The notes: generated by a model not told the origin, from the sequence alone. Positions 38,215 through 47,973 are shown, numbered from the stretch's first letter. The stretch is DNA of 52,243 nt from Thermoproteota archaeon (GCA_046732115.1 JBKPMK010000018.1:1-52243); one strand, 5' to 3'. Made by a program: numbers and translations.

Positions 38215-38820
38215 ATGGGTAAAGAGAATGTAAACATGTTATTATTTAACAAGTGGGATACTAGTAAAATTGAGGTAGCGGATCTTGGTTTGCAAAGGGC
38301 CATATCACTGAAGCCTTCTGCAGTTATTCCTATAAGCTTTGGAAGACATGAACATCAAAGGTTAAAGAAGGCTGAAGTGAATCTAATAGAAAGATTAGCA
38401 AACAATATGATGCATTTTGGCAAAAGGTATGCAAAGAACACTGGTAGAATGGGAGGTAAAAAAATGAGGGTATTGAATACAATCAAAACTGCACTTGATA
38501 TCATACATTTGGAGACAAGCAGGAATCCTGTAGAACTATTAGTAAAAGCCATTGAAAACTCGGCACCAAACGAAGACACTACTCGTATTGTCTATGGTGG
38601 TGTGGTTTATCACGTCTCAGTGGATGTTGCACCGTTACGCAGGGTCGACCTTGCACTTCGTTTTATAAGCGTAGGAGTAAAGGAATCAACTTACTCTAAC
38701 CCTCGTGCCATCGAAGAGGCTTTAGCTACTGAAATTATCCTTGCATCGCGTAATGATATGGCAAGTCACGCGGTGAAGAAAAAGAATGAGCAGGAGCGTA
38801 TCGCAATGGCTTCACGGTAG
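38215..38820 (+). CDS. rps7: ribosomal protein uS7
   Basis: 201 aa with a uS7 pattern (..NKKMRVLNTIKTALDIIH.., VDVAPLRRVDLALRFI). A GGAGGT Shine-Dalgarno-like motif lies about 12 nt upstream. Confidence 0.93.
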   Translation: MGKENVNMLLFNKWDTSKIEVADLGLQRAISLKPSAVIPISFGRHEHQRLKKAEVNLIERLANNMMHFGKRYAKNTGRMGGKKMRVLNTIKTALDIIHLETSRNPVELLVKAIENSAPNEDTTRIVYGGVVYHVSVDVAPLRRVDLALRFISVGVKESTYSNPRAIEEALATEIILASRNDMASHAVKKKNEQERIAMASR

Positions 38821-38932
38821 ATAACGAAAAAAAAGAAGAAAAGAAAGAAACAAAGAAACAAAGAAAGAATAAAACAATAATAATAATAATAATAGAGAAC
38901 ATATATAATCAACTCTAATTTCTATTTACGTT

Positions 38933-38977
38933 ACACAAGGTCAATTTTATATAAGATACAAGAAATTGACCTTGTGT
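38933..38977 (+). terminator. strong hairpin ending the rpo-rps operon
   Basis: Perfect 15-bp inverted repeat ACACAAGGTCAATTT (38933-38947) / AAATTGACCTTGTGT (38963-38977) with a 15-nt loop. It lies about 110 nt after the rps7 stop and is followed by T-rich sequence. Confidence 0.55.
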
Positions 38978-39083
38978 TACTTGGTTTCTCTCTGCATGAT
39001 TTTTTTGATTAACAGACCGCGCACTCAGATTGGCTGAATTACGACGTATATCTATTCAATGTCAATAGTTAAATAATTGCTGA

Positions 39084-40262
39084 GTGCTCTCAAATGATAT
39101 AATGAGTACAAAGGACGAGTCTATCTTTACGAAGTCTGCTCTAATGAGCACTGGATCTGGAAAAGCAATATTGAAGCAGATATTCTTCAGACAGATAGGA
39201 TACAAGCAATTTAATAAATATAAAAAGAAAACAGAACAAGAATTCCCTGAATTTACAAAACGATATCTTTTATCTCTCCATGAAATTATTGTTTCTGATC
39301 CTAATCCCTCTAACACTCTAAAAAAATTCATAGAGGAGACAGGTTCAGCTGAATTCGCTTTAGATGAACAAAAGATAAATGATATCAAATCCAGGCTGTC
39401 AAAACCCGAGATACTCGCCGACAGGGTAGGGAGGATTTTGAATTCGAATTTTGTAAAGATGACGTTTCCTGTATTCACAGCTTTATTCGAAGGAGCTTCA
39501 GATTATCTGAAGGAGAACATGCCTTTGGAAACTAGAAACTCGATTATCGACGGCCACATGATTGCAATAGACTTGAGCGAGCCGATGGACAGGATAGTTG
39601 ACAGGGATGAAGACCTGGAATACCTAGACGATTACAAATTGATGAGTCCGTATATTCTTGAGATTGCCAGACGAAAAATATCTGAAGGAGGAGATTCTGT
39701 ATTGAAGGCATTCGAGGATGGATTCAAGGATGCAAGGATCGGACAGTATATTGATTCAAAGTTAAAAAACAAGCCAGAATCGATATCTGACGAAAGTATG
39801 ATTACCTGCTACAAAAAGTATCGTGCTGTGATGGGATCTGCTGGTCGAAATATGGCCTTAAATCACAGACCCCTTGCAGACATTTATCATTTAGGCATGG
39901 CAAGGGCTGGTGAATGCGTAGGCTGCGGTAACGAAATCGAGGACGCAATAAAGAATGGTTCGATCAAAATCCCTTCATGGCCTTTATATTATTCATTAAA
40001 TGTTGGAGACATAAAAAAGGGATTTGAACTTACAATAAAGAAAAGCAAGATTTATTCTGATGATGCGAAGATTGCATTAAGTATGCTGCCGCAGGAATAT
40101 CCTATTTTGCCATTCTTAGAATTTCTATTTCTTACTATAAACCACTACAATGAGTATTGGTACAACGAAATGGTAAGGAGAAATCTGTTTCCCTACTTTG
40201 AGAAAAATACGAACGTACTAGTGGACTATCAGAGAAATGTAAAAGCGCTCATCAACAAATAA
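39084..40262 (+). CDS. hypothetical protein (about 386-392 aa), no recognisable family
   Basis: Long uninterrupted ORF. The track start is GTG 39084. ATG 39102 (MSTKDES) lies about 30 nt downstream of a TTAAATAA TATA-like box (39068-39075) and is the more likely, leaderless start. Confidence 0.6.
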   Translation: MLSNDIMSTKDESIFTKSALMSTGSGKAILKQIFFRQIGYKQFNKYKKKTEQEFPEFTKRYLLSLHEIIVSDPNPSNTLKKFIEETGSAEFALDEQKINDIKSRLSKPEILADRVGRILNSNFVKMTFPVFTALFEGASDYLKENMPLETRNSIIDGHMIAIDLSEPMDRIVDRDEDLEYLDDYKLMSPYILEIARRKISEGGDSVLKAFEDGFKDARIGQYIDSKLKNKPESISDESMITCYKKYRAVMGSAGRNMALNHRPLADIYHLGMARAGECVGCGNEIEDAIKNGSIKIPSWPLYYSLNVGDIKKGFELTIKKSKIYSDDAKIALSMLPQEYPILPFLEFLFLTINHYNEYWYNEMVRRNLFPYFEKNTNVLVDYQRNVKALINK

Positions 40263-40366
40263 TAAATAAAGTGTTTCTGGGATATCGAATTATTATCTAC
40301 CTGTCAGACAAAAACCGTCATGATATAGTATAGGATACAATATAGCAAAGCTTAAAATCTAAAACC

Positions 40367-40603
40367 ATGTTTCTTTATTTCAATCAAGAAATGTCTAGCG
40401 AGTATGAACAAAATGTCTCGAAGTTGTTGAGTGAGAAGCAGGAAATGTTGCAAAAGCTAAATCAGGATCCTCAATCTAACAAAGAAAAAATCGAGACCAT
40501 TTTAACTGAAATAGAAACACTCGAATCCTTGTTTGAAAATTATAATCTTGGACTGAGCTATTTTCGGCGAGCAAAAGGTGGACGTTCCGGGCTGAGGGAG
40601 TAA
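40367..40603 (+). CDS. hypothetical small coiled-coil protein
   Basis: ORF only. Heptad-like charged sequence. Confidence 0.3.
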   Translation: MFLYFNQEMSSEYEQNVSKLLSEKQEMLQKLNQDPQSNKEKIETILTEIETLESLFENYNLGLSYFRRAKGGRSGLRE

Positions 40604-40783
40604 AAAACTATAAATTATAACAAGCAAATAAAATACATCAGCTCTCCGTCTGGAGGTACTTCAATGAAATGGTTTAGTTAATATATGTATTTATGCATGC
40701 TCAAGGGCTGCCTTTATTAAAAAGTGGCTCTAGATGTTTGTGGCCCTACACGCCTTTAGTTAGTCCAAAACACCATGTAATAG

Positions 40784-40817
40784 GATACCAGAGTGGTTGT
40801 AATATGATACCAGAGTG
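40784..40817 (+). promoter_or_regulatory. direct repeat pair GATACCAGAGTG upstream of the carboxylase operon
   Basis: An identical 12-mer occurs at 40784-40795 and 40806-40817 (22-bp period). The pair lies about 30-60 nt upstream of the TATA box of pccB. Confidence 0.35.
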
Positions 40818-40844
40818 ACGATGAAGTATGAATGGTGTAATGAA

Positions 40845-40852
40845 TTTATATA
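40845..40852 (+). promoter_or_regulatory. TATA box of pccB-accC-accB operon
   Basis: TTTATATA is centred about 31 nt upstream of the ATG at 40880. Confidence 0.5.
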
Positions 40853-40879
40853 AGCTGGTCTGGGATACAATCCACAGCC

Positions 40880-42421
40880 ATGCATGAGGATAAAATTAAG
40901 CGTTTGTACAATTTGAAAAAACTGGCTGAAGGGGGAGGCGGAGAGGAGAGGATTGAGGCTCAACATTCTAAAGGTAAGCTTACTGCTCGCGAAAGGATAG
41001 ATCTCCTTTTAGATGAGAACTCCTTTCTTGAAATCGATAAATATGTTACTCATAGAAGCGATGATCCTAACACAAAGAAATTTTATGGCGATGGTGTAAT
41101 TACAGGATTTGGCACAATTAATGGACGGCAAGTCTTCATCTACACCTATGACTTTACAGTTCTAGGGGGCTCGCTAGGCGAAATGGCAGCAAAGAAGATT
41201 GTCAAAGTCATGGATCATGCTATGAAAGCAGGAGCACCTGTAATCGGAATACTTGACTCAGGAGGTGCTCGGATACAAGAAGGAGTGATGAGCCTAGACG
41301 GTTATGGTGATATCTTTTTTAGGAACACTCTCTCGTCAGGTGTGATACCGCAGATCACTGCAAGTATAGGGCCTTGTGCCGGCGGAGCAGTGTATTCTCC
41401 AGCAATGACTGACTTCGTCATTATGGTGGAACATATAGGTCAGATGTTTGTAACCGGGCCGGAAGTAGTAAAGGAAGTACTCAGTCAGGAAGTGTCATTT
41501 GAGGAATTAGGCGGAGCCATGACCCATGCGACAAAATCCGGTGTAGCGCATTTTGTTGCCAAAAATGAATATGACTGTATGGACAAAATAAAGAAACTTT
41601 TGTCATATATCCCTCAAAATAATATCGAGGAGCCGCTGTTAGCCGAGGACACGGACGACCCTAACAGGATTGACCCACACCTGATAGGTATTGTTCCAGA
41701 AAATCCCTACGAACAATACGATATTAAGCAGATCATAAAAAGAATAGTGGACAATGAGGAATATCTAGAAGTCCATGAACTATTTGCAGAAAATATAGTT
41801 GTCTGCTTTGCAAGGATTAATGGCAGATCGGTAGGTATCATTGCAAATCAGCCTATGTATTTGGCCGGCGCTCTGGATATCAATTCGTCTAATAAAGCAG
41901 CACGGTTCATCAGGTTTTGTGATGCATTTAACATTCCTGTTGTTACCTTTGTAGACACTCCCGGCTATCTGCCAGGAAGCGACCAGGAACATAATGGCAT
42001 TATTAGACATGGAAGCAAACTCTTGTATGCATACTGCGAAGCAACCGTCCCAAAGATCACTTGTATTATAGGTAAAGCTTATGGTGGCGCATATATCGCG
42101 ATGGGTAGCAAAAATCTAAGGTCAGACGTTAATTTTGCATGGCCAACTGCGGAAATCGCTGTGCTAGGACCTGAAGCAGCTATTACGATCATTCATCGAA
42201 AGGATTTGAAACAATCAGCAGACGCGGTCTCTACAAAAAAGAAGCTAGCCAAGGAATACCGAGACAAATTTGCGAATCCATACATAGCGGCAGAAAAAGG
42301 TATAATTGATTTGGTGATAGATCCTATGGAAACCCGACCAATGATAATCCGTGCACTTGAATCGCTGGCAACAAAAAAAGATACTAGGCCGTCTAAGAAA
42401 CACGGCAACATGAACTTGTAG
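40880..42421 (+). CDS. pccB: acetyl-/propionyl-CoA carboxylase, carboxyltransferase subunit
   Basis: 513 aa. Contains LDSGGARIQEGV, the duplicated crotonase-like CT domains, and GKAYGGAYIAMG. Confidence 0.95.
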   Translation: MHEDKIKRLYNLKKLAEGGGGEERIEAQHSKGKLTARERIDLLLDENSFLEIDKYVTHRSDDPNTKKFYGDGVITGFGTINGRQVFIYTYDFTVLGGSLGEMAAKKIVKVMDHAMKAGAPVIGILDSGGARIQEGVMSLDGYGDIFFRNTLSSGVIPQITASIGPCAGGAVYSPAMTDFVIMVEHIGQMFVTGPEVVKEVLSQEVSFEELGGAMTHATKSGVAHFVAKNEYDCMDKIKKLLSYIPQNNIEEPLLAEDTDDPNRIDPHLIGIVPENPYEQYDIKQIIKRIVDNEEYLEVHELFAENIVVCFARINGRSVGIIANQPMYLAGALDINSSNKAARFIRFCDAFNIPVVTFVDTPGYLPGSDQEHNGIIRHGSKLLYAYCEATVPKITCIIGKAYGGAYIAMGSKNLRSDVNFAWPTAEIAVLGPEAAITIIHRKDLKQSADAVSTKKKLAKEYRDKFANPYIAAEKGIIDLVIDPMETRPMIIRALESLATKKDTRPSKKHGNMNL

Positions 42422-42501
42422 GTACCAACAAGGGCGATATATGTGCAAGCTTATTATACTAATGCTAATTCAAACCAGCGTGGTACCGGTGAATATTATT
42501 A

Positions 42502-44079
42502 ATGAGTGACAAAATCAAAAGCATTCTAGTCGCCAACAGAGGTGAGATAGCCCTCAGAGTAATACGTGCTTGCAAAGAGTTAGATATAAAATCCATTGCC
42601 ATATATTCAGACGAAGACAGTAGGTCAGTTCATGTGAAAAGAGCTGATGAGGCTTATCATATCGGCCAAGCTGCTGCCTCGGATAGCTATCTTAACATGA
42701 ACAAGATAATCGACTTGTCAAATCAGATCGGAGCAGATGCAATACATCCAGGCTATGGCTTTCTCTCAGAAAATGAAAATTTTGCAGAGCTGTGTGAAAA
42801 AAATGGAATCATCTTTATCGGACCAAAAAGCAAAGCAATGGAGCTGACAGGAGACAAAATGAAATGCAAGGCTATAATGAAAAAAGCCAAAGTACCAACA
42901 GTTCCAGGAAGCGACGGAGTAGTTGACAACATTGAAAAGGCAGCTGATATAGCCCATTCTGCAGGATACCCAGTTCTCTTAAAGTCAGCTTTTGGTGGTG
43001 GAGGACGAGGGATTAGGTTTGCAAATGACGAGAAACAACTTAGACAGGAATTCGAGATGGCCTCGGCTGAGTCAAAAGCTGCCTTTGGAAAAGCTGCTCT
43101 ATTTGTTGAGAAATATCTTCAAAAGATCAGGCATATAGAGTTTCAGCTAATAAGGGACTCTCATGGGAATTCACGCCATTTATTTGAACGTGAATGTTCT
43201 ATTCAGAGAAGACATCAAAAGCTTATTGAAATGTCACCTTCGCCTGTTGTCGACCAAAAGACCAGAGACAATATAGGCCAAATAGCAGTTAGAGCCGTCG
43301 AAGCAGTAAACTACCTTAACGCAGGCACAGCCGAATTTCTGCGTGATGATAATGGGAATTTTTATTTTATCGAAATTAACTCAAGATTACAAGTAGAACA
43401 TCCCGTGACGGAATTGGTAACAGGAGGAATTGATCTTGTGAAACTGCAAATTGCAATTGCTCAAGGAGAAGAAATTCCATTTCAACAAGATAAGCTAAAA
43501 ATGCATGGTTGTGCTATTGAATGCAGAATTAACGCAGAGGATCCCTTTTATGATTTTGCTCCTTCCGTCGGACCAGTTCCCAACTGCAACCTACCTTATG
43601 GGCCAGGTATTAGGGTAGATACATATTTATACCCGGGATGTCTCGTATCAGGATTCTATGATTCTCTGGTTGCAAAGCTGATTGCATGGGGAAGGGACTT
43701 TGAAGAGGCACGGATTCGCACCAGAAATGCATTAGCAGAATTTACCATCGAGGGAATTAATACCACAATACCACTACACAAAACCATGATAGAAGAGCCG
43801 AACTTTATCAAAGGCGACCTTTCAACAGATTATCTTGACAGGTTTAATTTGATGGACAAGATGCACGAAAATGCTAAGAAGCGCACACAGAAGCTTTCCT
43901 CTGCTGCATTAGCCGCCGCGCTCTTGCAGTCAGAATACGTAAAGACTGGTGCTACTATTAATAGCACTAATATTAGTAATACTACTGTCACTAGTAGCAC
44001 CGCTACTAGGAGGTATGACACTAGGCGGCCAACTTGGAAAAGCCATCATGAAGGAAGGAGATCCATGAATGCAAATTAA
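42502..44079 (+). CDS. accC: acetyl-/propionyl-CoA carboxylase, biotin carboxylase subunit
   Basis: Contains ILVANRGEIALRVIRA, the ATP-grasp block LKSAFGGGGRGIR and EINSRLQVEHPVTE. It has an unusual roughly 60-aa low-complexity C-terminal tail (NSTNISNTTVTSSTATRR...). Confidence 0.95.
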   Translation: MSDKIKSILVANRGEIALRVIRACKELDIKSIAIYSDEDSRSVHVKRADEAYHIGQAAASDSYLNMNKIIDLSNQIGADAIHPGYGFLSENENFAELCEKNGIIFIGPKSKAMELTGDKMKCKAIMKKAKVPTVPGSDGVVDNIEKAADIAHSAGYPVLLKSAFGGGGRGIRFANDEKQLRQEFEMASAESKAAFGKAALFVEKYLQKIRHIEFQLIRDSHGNSRHLFERECSIQRRHQKLIEMSPSPVVDQKTRDNIGQIAVRAVEAVNYLNAGTAEFLRDDNGNFYFIEINSRLQVEHPVTELVTGGIDLVKLQIAIAQGEEIPFQQDKLKMHGCAIECRINAEDPFYDFAPSVGPVPNCNLPYGPGIRVDTYLYPGCLVSGFYDSLVAKLIAWGRDFEEARIRTRNALAEFTIEGINTTIPLHKTMIEEPNFIKGDLSTDYLDRFNLMDKMHENAKKRTQKLSSAALAAALLQSEYVKTGATINSTNISNTTVTSSTATRRYDTRRPTWKSHHEGRRSMNAN

Positions 44080-44575
44080 AATCGATGACCTCAAAAATCT
44101 TTTGTCTGGTGAGATAGCAAGGTCATCTACCGATGGAACTGTTTTAATCAAAGTAGATGGAAAAGAGCAAGTCCTTAGAATACTGAAATTCGGTAGCAAT
44201 GAATTTGAGTTTATATTAGGAAATTCCTATCACCATGCCAAAATACTTAGCTCAAGTAGCTCCGAGATCAAGATGATTATAGACGGAGAGCCACTGACTA
44301 TTAAAAAGCACTCTAAATTAACCGAGGTACTCCAAAAATCAATAGTCTATGCCGGCACCGCTGAAAATAATTTAACGAGTCAAATTCCGGGCAGGATCGT
44401 TTCTATAATGGCAAAATCGGGGTCTGCTGTTAAGAAGGGTGATCCAGTAGTCGTGCTCGAGTCTATGAAAATGCAAGTGGCCGTGAAGGCACACAAGGAT
44501 GGCGTTGTAAAAGAAATCAGAGTAAAAGAGGGAGCAAGCATAGCAAGACATGACCTAATTGCAGTAATAGAATAA
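44069..44575 (+). CDS. accB: biotin carboxyl carrier protein
   Basis: The C-terminal biotinyl domain carries the attachment motif VLESMKMQV. There is an 11-nt overlap with accC. Confidence 0.9.
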   Translation: MQIKIDDLKNLLSGEIARSSTDGTVLIKVDGKEQVLRILKFGSNEFEFILGNSYHHAKILSSSSSEIKMIIDGEPLTIKKHSKLTEVLQKSIVYAGTAENNLTSQIPGRIVSIMAKSGSAVKKGDPVVVLESMKMQVAVKAHKDGVVKEIRVKEGASIARHDLIAVIE

Positions 44576-44828
44576 TAATAACAATACTACTCTAATCATA
44601 AACAAAGGATAACGACAACCTATTTAACGAAACGATGCTTTTGTTTTGTGGATATCATTGTTGTTGTTGTTGTTGGGTTAGATTTTTTTGTGTTGTAGGT
44701 ACAAGCCCCTTTTTGTGCAAGGGACCTTTGCCATTGTGTGCTTCGGAACTTCTGAACCAACAGAGGAAAATTAAGACCAAATCAATTAATTAATTTGATT
44801 CAACTAAACTCAACGTCAAAAACCTCGC

Positions 44829-44847
44829 CCAACGTCAAAAACGTTGG
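44829..44847 (-). terminator. hairpin/T-rich element downstream of the peroxiredoxin gene
   Basis: CCAACGT-CAAAA-ACGTTGG (7-bp stem). On the minus strand it is preceded by CTTTTTTATT and has a TTTTT loop. It is also part of a 13-nt direct repeat CAACGTCAAAAAC (44811-44823 and 44830-44842). Confidence 0.35.
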
Positions 44848-44873
44848 TAAGTTTAATAAAAAAGAATTGGTTT

Positions 44874-45386
44874 TTACGAACCTGTCTTTAGCTTTGCAAG
44901 CGCTGCCCTTATCTCTTCGTAATTTGGTTCTACAAGCGGGTTATCCGATATCCACTTGTAGCGAATTTTTCCACCGCTGTCTAATATGAATATGGATCTC
45001 TTTGCTGCATTATAATCCTGTAGCGGGCCAAGGTTAGGCATGACAATCCCATAGTTCTTGATTGTATCTCGCTTGTAATCGCTTAATATAGGAAAGTTAA
45101 GATGCCGATTTTCAGTAAAAATTTTGTTAGCGAAAGGTCCATCCACCGAGATTCCCACGACTTGGGCATCGTAACCTTTTAATTCGTCAAGTGAGTCTCT
45201 GAACGTACACATTTCTTTAGTGCAGACTGGTGACTCAGCCGCAGGAAAGAATGCCAGTACTATAGGTTTTCCTTTGTAATTGCTCAGTTTTTGCATTTTG
45301 AGATCGGCATCAGCTAAATCAAACTCAGGCGCAGAGTCCCCTATGTCAGGAGCCGATCGATATGAATATGATGTTTCGTTTGACAT
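44874..45386 (-). CDS. peroxiredoxin (AhpC/TSA-Bcp family)
   Basis: 170 aa. Contains KPIVLAFFPAAESPVCTKEMCTF (peroxidatic Cys context P...s.vCt.E). Confidence 0.85.
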   Translation of the reverse strand: MSNETSYSYRSAPDIGDSAPEFDLADADLKMQKLSNYKGKPIVLAFFPAAESPVCTKEMCTFRDSLDELKGYDAQVVGISVDGPFANKIFTENRHLNFPILSDYKRDTIKNYGIVMPNLGPLQDYNAAKRSIFILDSGGKIRYKWISDNPLVEPNYEEIRAALAKLKTGS

Positions 45387-45602
45387 ATTCTCATTACACT
45401 AATTCCAAAAATCATAACAATGTTATTAATACTTTTGGCAAATTTAGAGGCAATCATAACAATAACTACTAGTAGTAATAGTGATTACATCCTATTACTA
45501 TCCTATTACTCTCACGGCAGCCTTTCATAGTCCAGGCTCGTATGACTAACGCGTAGGTTGGTATCACGATTGGTGCAAACAAAGACTCTAGCTTTTTTTA
45601 TT

Positions 45603-46457
45603 TCATTCTTCAATGACAACGAGATTTCCACTCCTATACCCTCTGATATCTACTGTTACATACTTAAAGCCGAGATTTCTAAGTTCTACGTCGATCTTCG
45701 CAAGTTTGTCGACGTCAAACAACTTTGGTAATTCCATAGGTGCTACTTCTATTCTTGCGATATCTCCATGATCCCTTACCCTGACCTGTTCGACCGCAGC
45801 TCGTTTTTTGACAATGATTTCAGATTTCTCAATTCTGTGTAGTTTGTCGTGAGTAACACTTATACCTCTTGGAATTCTCGATGCGAGACAAGCATTAGAG
45901 GGCTTGTTGTAAACAGAAAGGCCATACTCTAGTGCAATAGCTCTAATTTGAGACTTGTCTAGTCCTACTTCTATAAAGGGACTTCTGATCCCGTTTTTTC
46001 GAAGTGCCATGATTCCAGGCCTGTAATCGTTTAGGTCACCTACATTAGTACCGTCAACTATTAGGTCTACCCCATACTTTTGTGCCTCACGTACGAGTCG
46101 CTGTCCCAGTTCATTTCTACAGTGGTAACATCGAAGTTCATCATTTTTAACAAATTCCGGATTTTCTAATTCGTTATATTCTATTGTTATGTGCCTGATC
46201 CCTATCTCATTTGCTATCCTTTCTGCACTAGCCAGCTCTTCCGAAGAAAGAGTCTTGTAATTTGCAGTAATGGATAAAGCACAAATTCCAAGTGCCTTCT
46301 TTGCTGCTAAAGCAATAACTGCACTGTCAACACCGCCAGACAACGCAACAATCGCATTATTGGTATTGTTTGAGAACCACTCTATTAGCTTGCTTAGATT
46401 CTCACTAGCACTTGATGTTTCTTTTTGTGACTGCAAACTCAAATCACATTCCTTCAA
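45603..46457 (-). CDS. larE: LarE-like ATP-dependent sulfur transferase (PP-loop ATP pyrophosphatase) of nickel-pincer cofactor synthesis
   Basis: Contains the PP-loop ALSGGVDSAV and the conserved Cys block PSNACLASRIP. There is a 14-nt overlap with the upstream larC. Confidence 0.8.
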   Translation of the reverse strand: MKECDLSLQSQKETSSASENLSKLIEWFSNNTNNAIVALSGGVDSAVIALAAKKALGICALSITANYKTLSSEELASAERIANEIGIRHITIEYNELENPEFVKNDELRCYHCRNELGQRLVREAQKYGVDLIVDGTNVGDLNDYRPGIMALRKNGIRSPFIEVGLDKSQIRAIALEYGLSVYNKPSNACLASRIPRGISVTHDKLHRIEKSEIIVKKRAAVEQVRVRDHGDIARIEVAPMELPKLFDVDKLAKIDVELRNLGFKYVTVDIRGYRSGNLVVIEE

Positions 46458-47697
46458 GTCTTTCCAAAACCTTCGCTGTGACTAGATCCATAGTTCTCTT
46501 AAACGGCATTTTTATCTGCAACGCAATAGCTTTAATATCTTCGAATTCGGGCTTTATACTTATCGTGTTGCCCATAGGGTCTTTTGCAATCTTTACGTTA
46601 ACATTGAATTGTTTGCCATCGATATTGACTTGGGCACTTAGCAATGTTCGTGGAAGCACGAATCTCTGGAGCTCTTGGGTACGAGTTCCTAATGATCCTG
46701 ATTCCTTAACTAGCAAGTCCATAATATCATTCAATTTGCTGTGATCAGTCATTGCTCTAATTACATACACTGGTCTGTTTTTCTTGGAAATACCAGGGAT
46801 TGCAAGAACATCTAGCGCGCCTGCTTTCATCAGTACATCGATCAAGTTTCCAATAACCTCTCCAGAAATATCATCGACATTTGTCTCGAGTAAATGTACA
46901 AAATCCGTTCCGAATTCGCTAATCAGTGAGGATTTTCCAATTACAAGACGGAGAACGTTAGGAACCTCTTTAAATTTTTTATGTCCCGCGCCATATCCTA
47001 CTTTCTCTGCTGAAAAACTTGGATAATGGCTAATTGTTTCAGATGTCAAATTGACGAGCATTGCAGCTCCAGTTGGAGTCGTCAATTCTTCTTCAACCGT
47101 CCCGCCATGCAGAGTAAATGGCCTTTCTTTGAAAATTTCAAGCACGGCGCTACTTGGATTGGCAATCATACCATGGGAAAACTTCAAGTACCCACCACCT
47201 ACGCCGACGCTTGTTGAATATATCCTGCTTTCGAACAGCCCAAGGTCCTGTAATGCAACAGCAGAACCTATTAAATCTGCAAATGTATCTATGCTGGAAG
47301 CCTCATGCAAATGAACGGAACCGATGTCTTTACCGTGGATAATGGATTCTGATTTGATAATGGTTTTAAATGACTCAAGTATGAACGTTTTTGCACGCTG
47401 TTGAAGGTCCAAAGAATCACAGCAGAGCGCAAGTGACCTGTACATTTCGATTCCACGGCGTTGCGAAACAGAATCGAGATATTTGAATTGAAATTCGGTA
47501 GCACTAAAGCCGCCACGTGTTGTCCTTACAAAATCAGCATGTTTGATTTTGCTTCCTTTAAGATAGTTTTGGCATGCATGGACTGCATTTAGCACTTTTT
47601 CTTTGTCTGCCCCTGCATGTACAAGACTTGAGAGTAGCATGTCTCCGGATATGCCACTTAATTGTGAATCAATTATAGCCATTCTCGTAGTCGACAT
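46444..47697 (-). CDS. larC: LarC-like nickel insertion protein (DUF111 family)
   Basis: 417 aa. The N-terminal IIDSQLSGISGDMLLSSLVHAGAD is the family signature (D...GiSGDM.l.AL.D.Ga). Confidence 0.85.
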   Translation of the reverse strand: MSTTRMAIIDSQLSGISGDMLLSSLVHAGADKEKVLNAVHACQNYLKGSKIKHADFVRTTRGGFSATEFQFKYLDSVSQRRGIEMYRSLALCCDSLDLQQRAKTFILESFKTIIKSESIIHGKDIGSVHLHEASSIDTFADLIGSAVALQDLGLFESRIYSTSVGVGGGYLKFSHGMIANPSSAVLEIFKERPFTLHGGTVEEELTTPTGAAMLVNLTSETISHYPSFSAEKVGYGAGHKKFKEVPNVLRLVIGKSSLISEFGTDFVHLLETNVDDISGEVIGNLIDVLMKAGALDVLAIPGISKKNRPVYVIRAMTDHSKLNDIMDLLVKESGSLGTRTQELQRFVLPRTLLSAQVNIDGKQFNVNVKIAKDPMGNTISIKPEFEDIKAIALQIKMPFKRTMDLVTAKVLERLEGM

Positions 47698-47973
47698 AAA
47701 GCGATTACTAGGATGTTTCTAGAAGTGTAAATATAACACTTGCTTAAGTAACGATTGACAATTAGGGTATTGGAGTGTTCATAAAATTAGTTTTTTTGTC
47801 TGCATCAAAGGCTATTTCTGTAGACGTGTGTATGTATATAGTGCCGATATATCTGTCTACTTGTATTGTCATTGTTTCTGGTGATTCTAAAAATTTCTTC
47901 CTGTTGGCGTTCCTGAACGATTGGAAAATTAAATTTATAAGTAGCCAAACAAAAATAGTTTGAAGGTTTTTAA

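Noticed and set aside
44658-44675. (TTG)6 microsatellite. Similar repeats are (AAT)n at 6925-6948, 37163-37183 and 38876-38893, and (CAA)n at 51017-51030. All were checked as possible CRISPR-like or regulatory repeat arrays.
   Set aside because: These are simple trinucleotide repeats with no spacer-repeat periodicity. No CRISPR array is present anywhere in the window.
45489-45510. Perfect tandem duplication ATCCTATTACT x2 between the peroxiredoxin start and the larE stop.
   Set aside because: It is a single short duplication in AT-rich spacer DNA. It is compatible with replication slippage, and no evidence of function is available.
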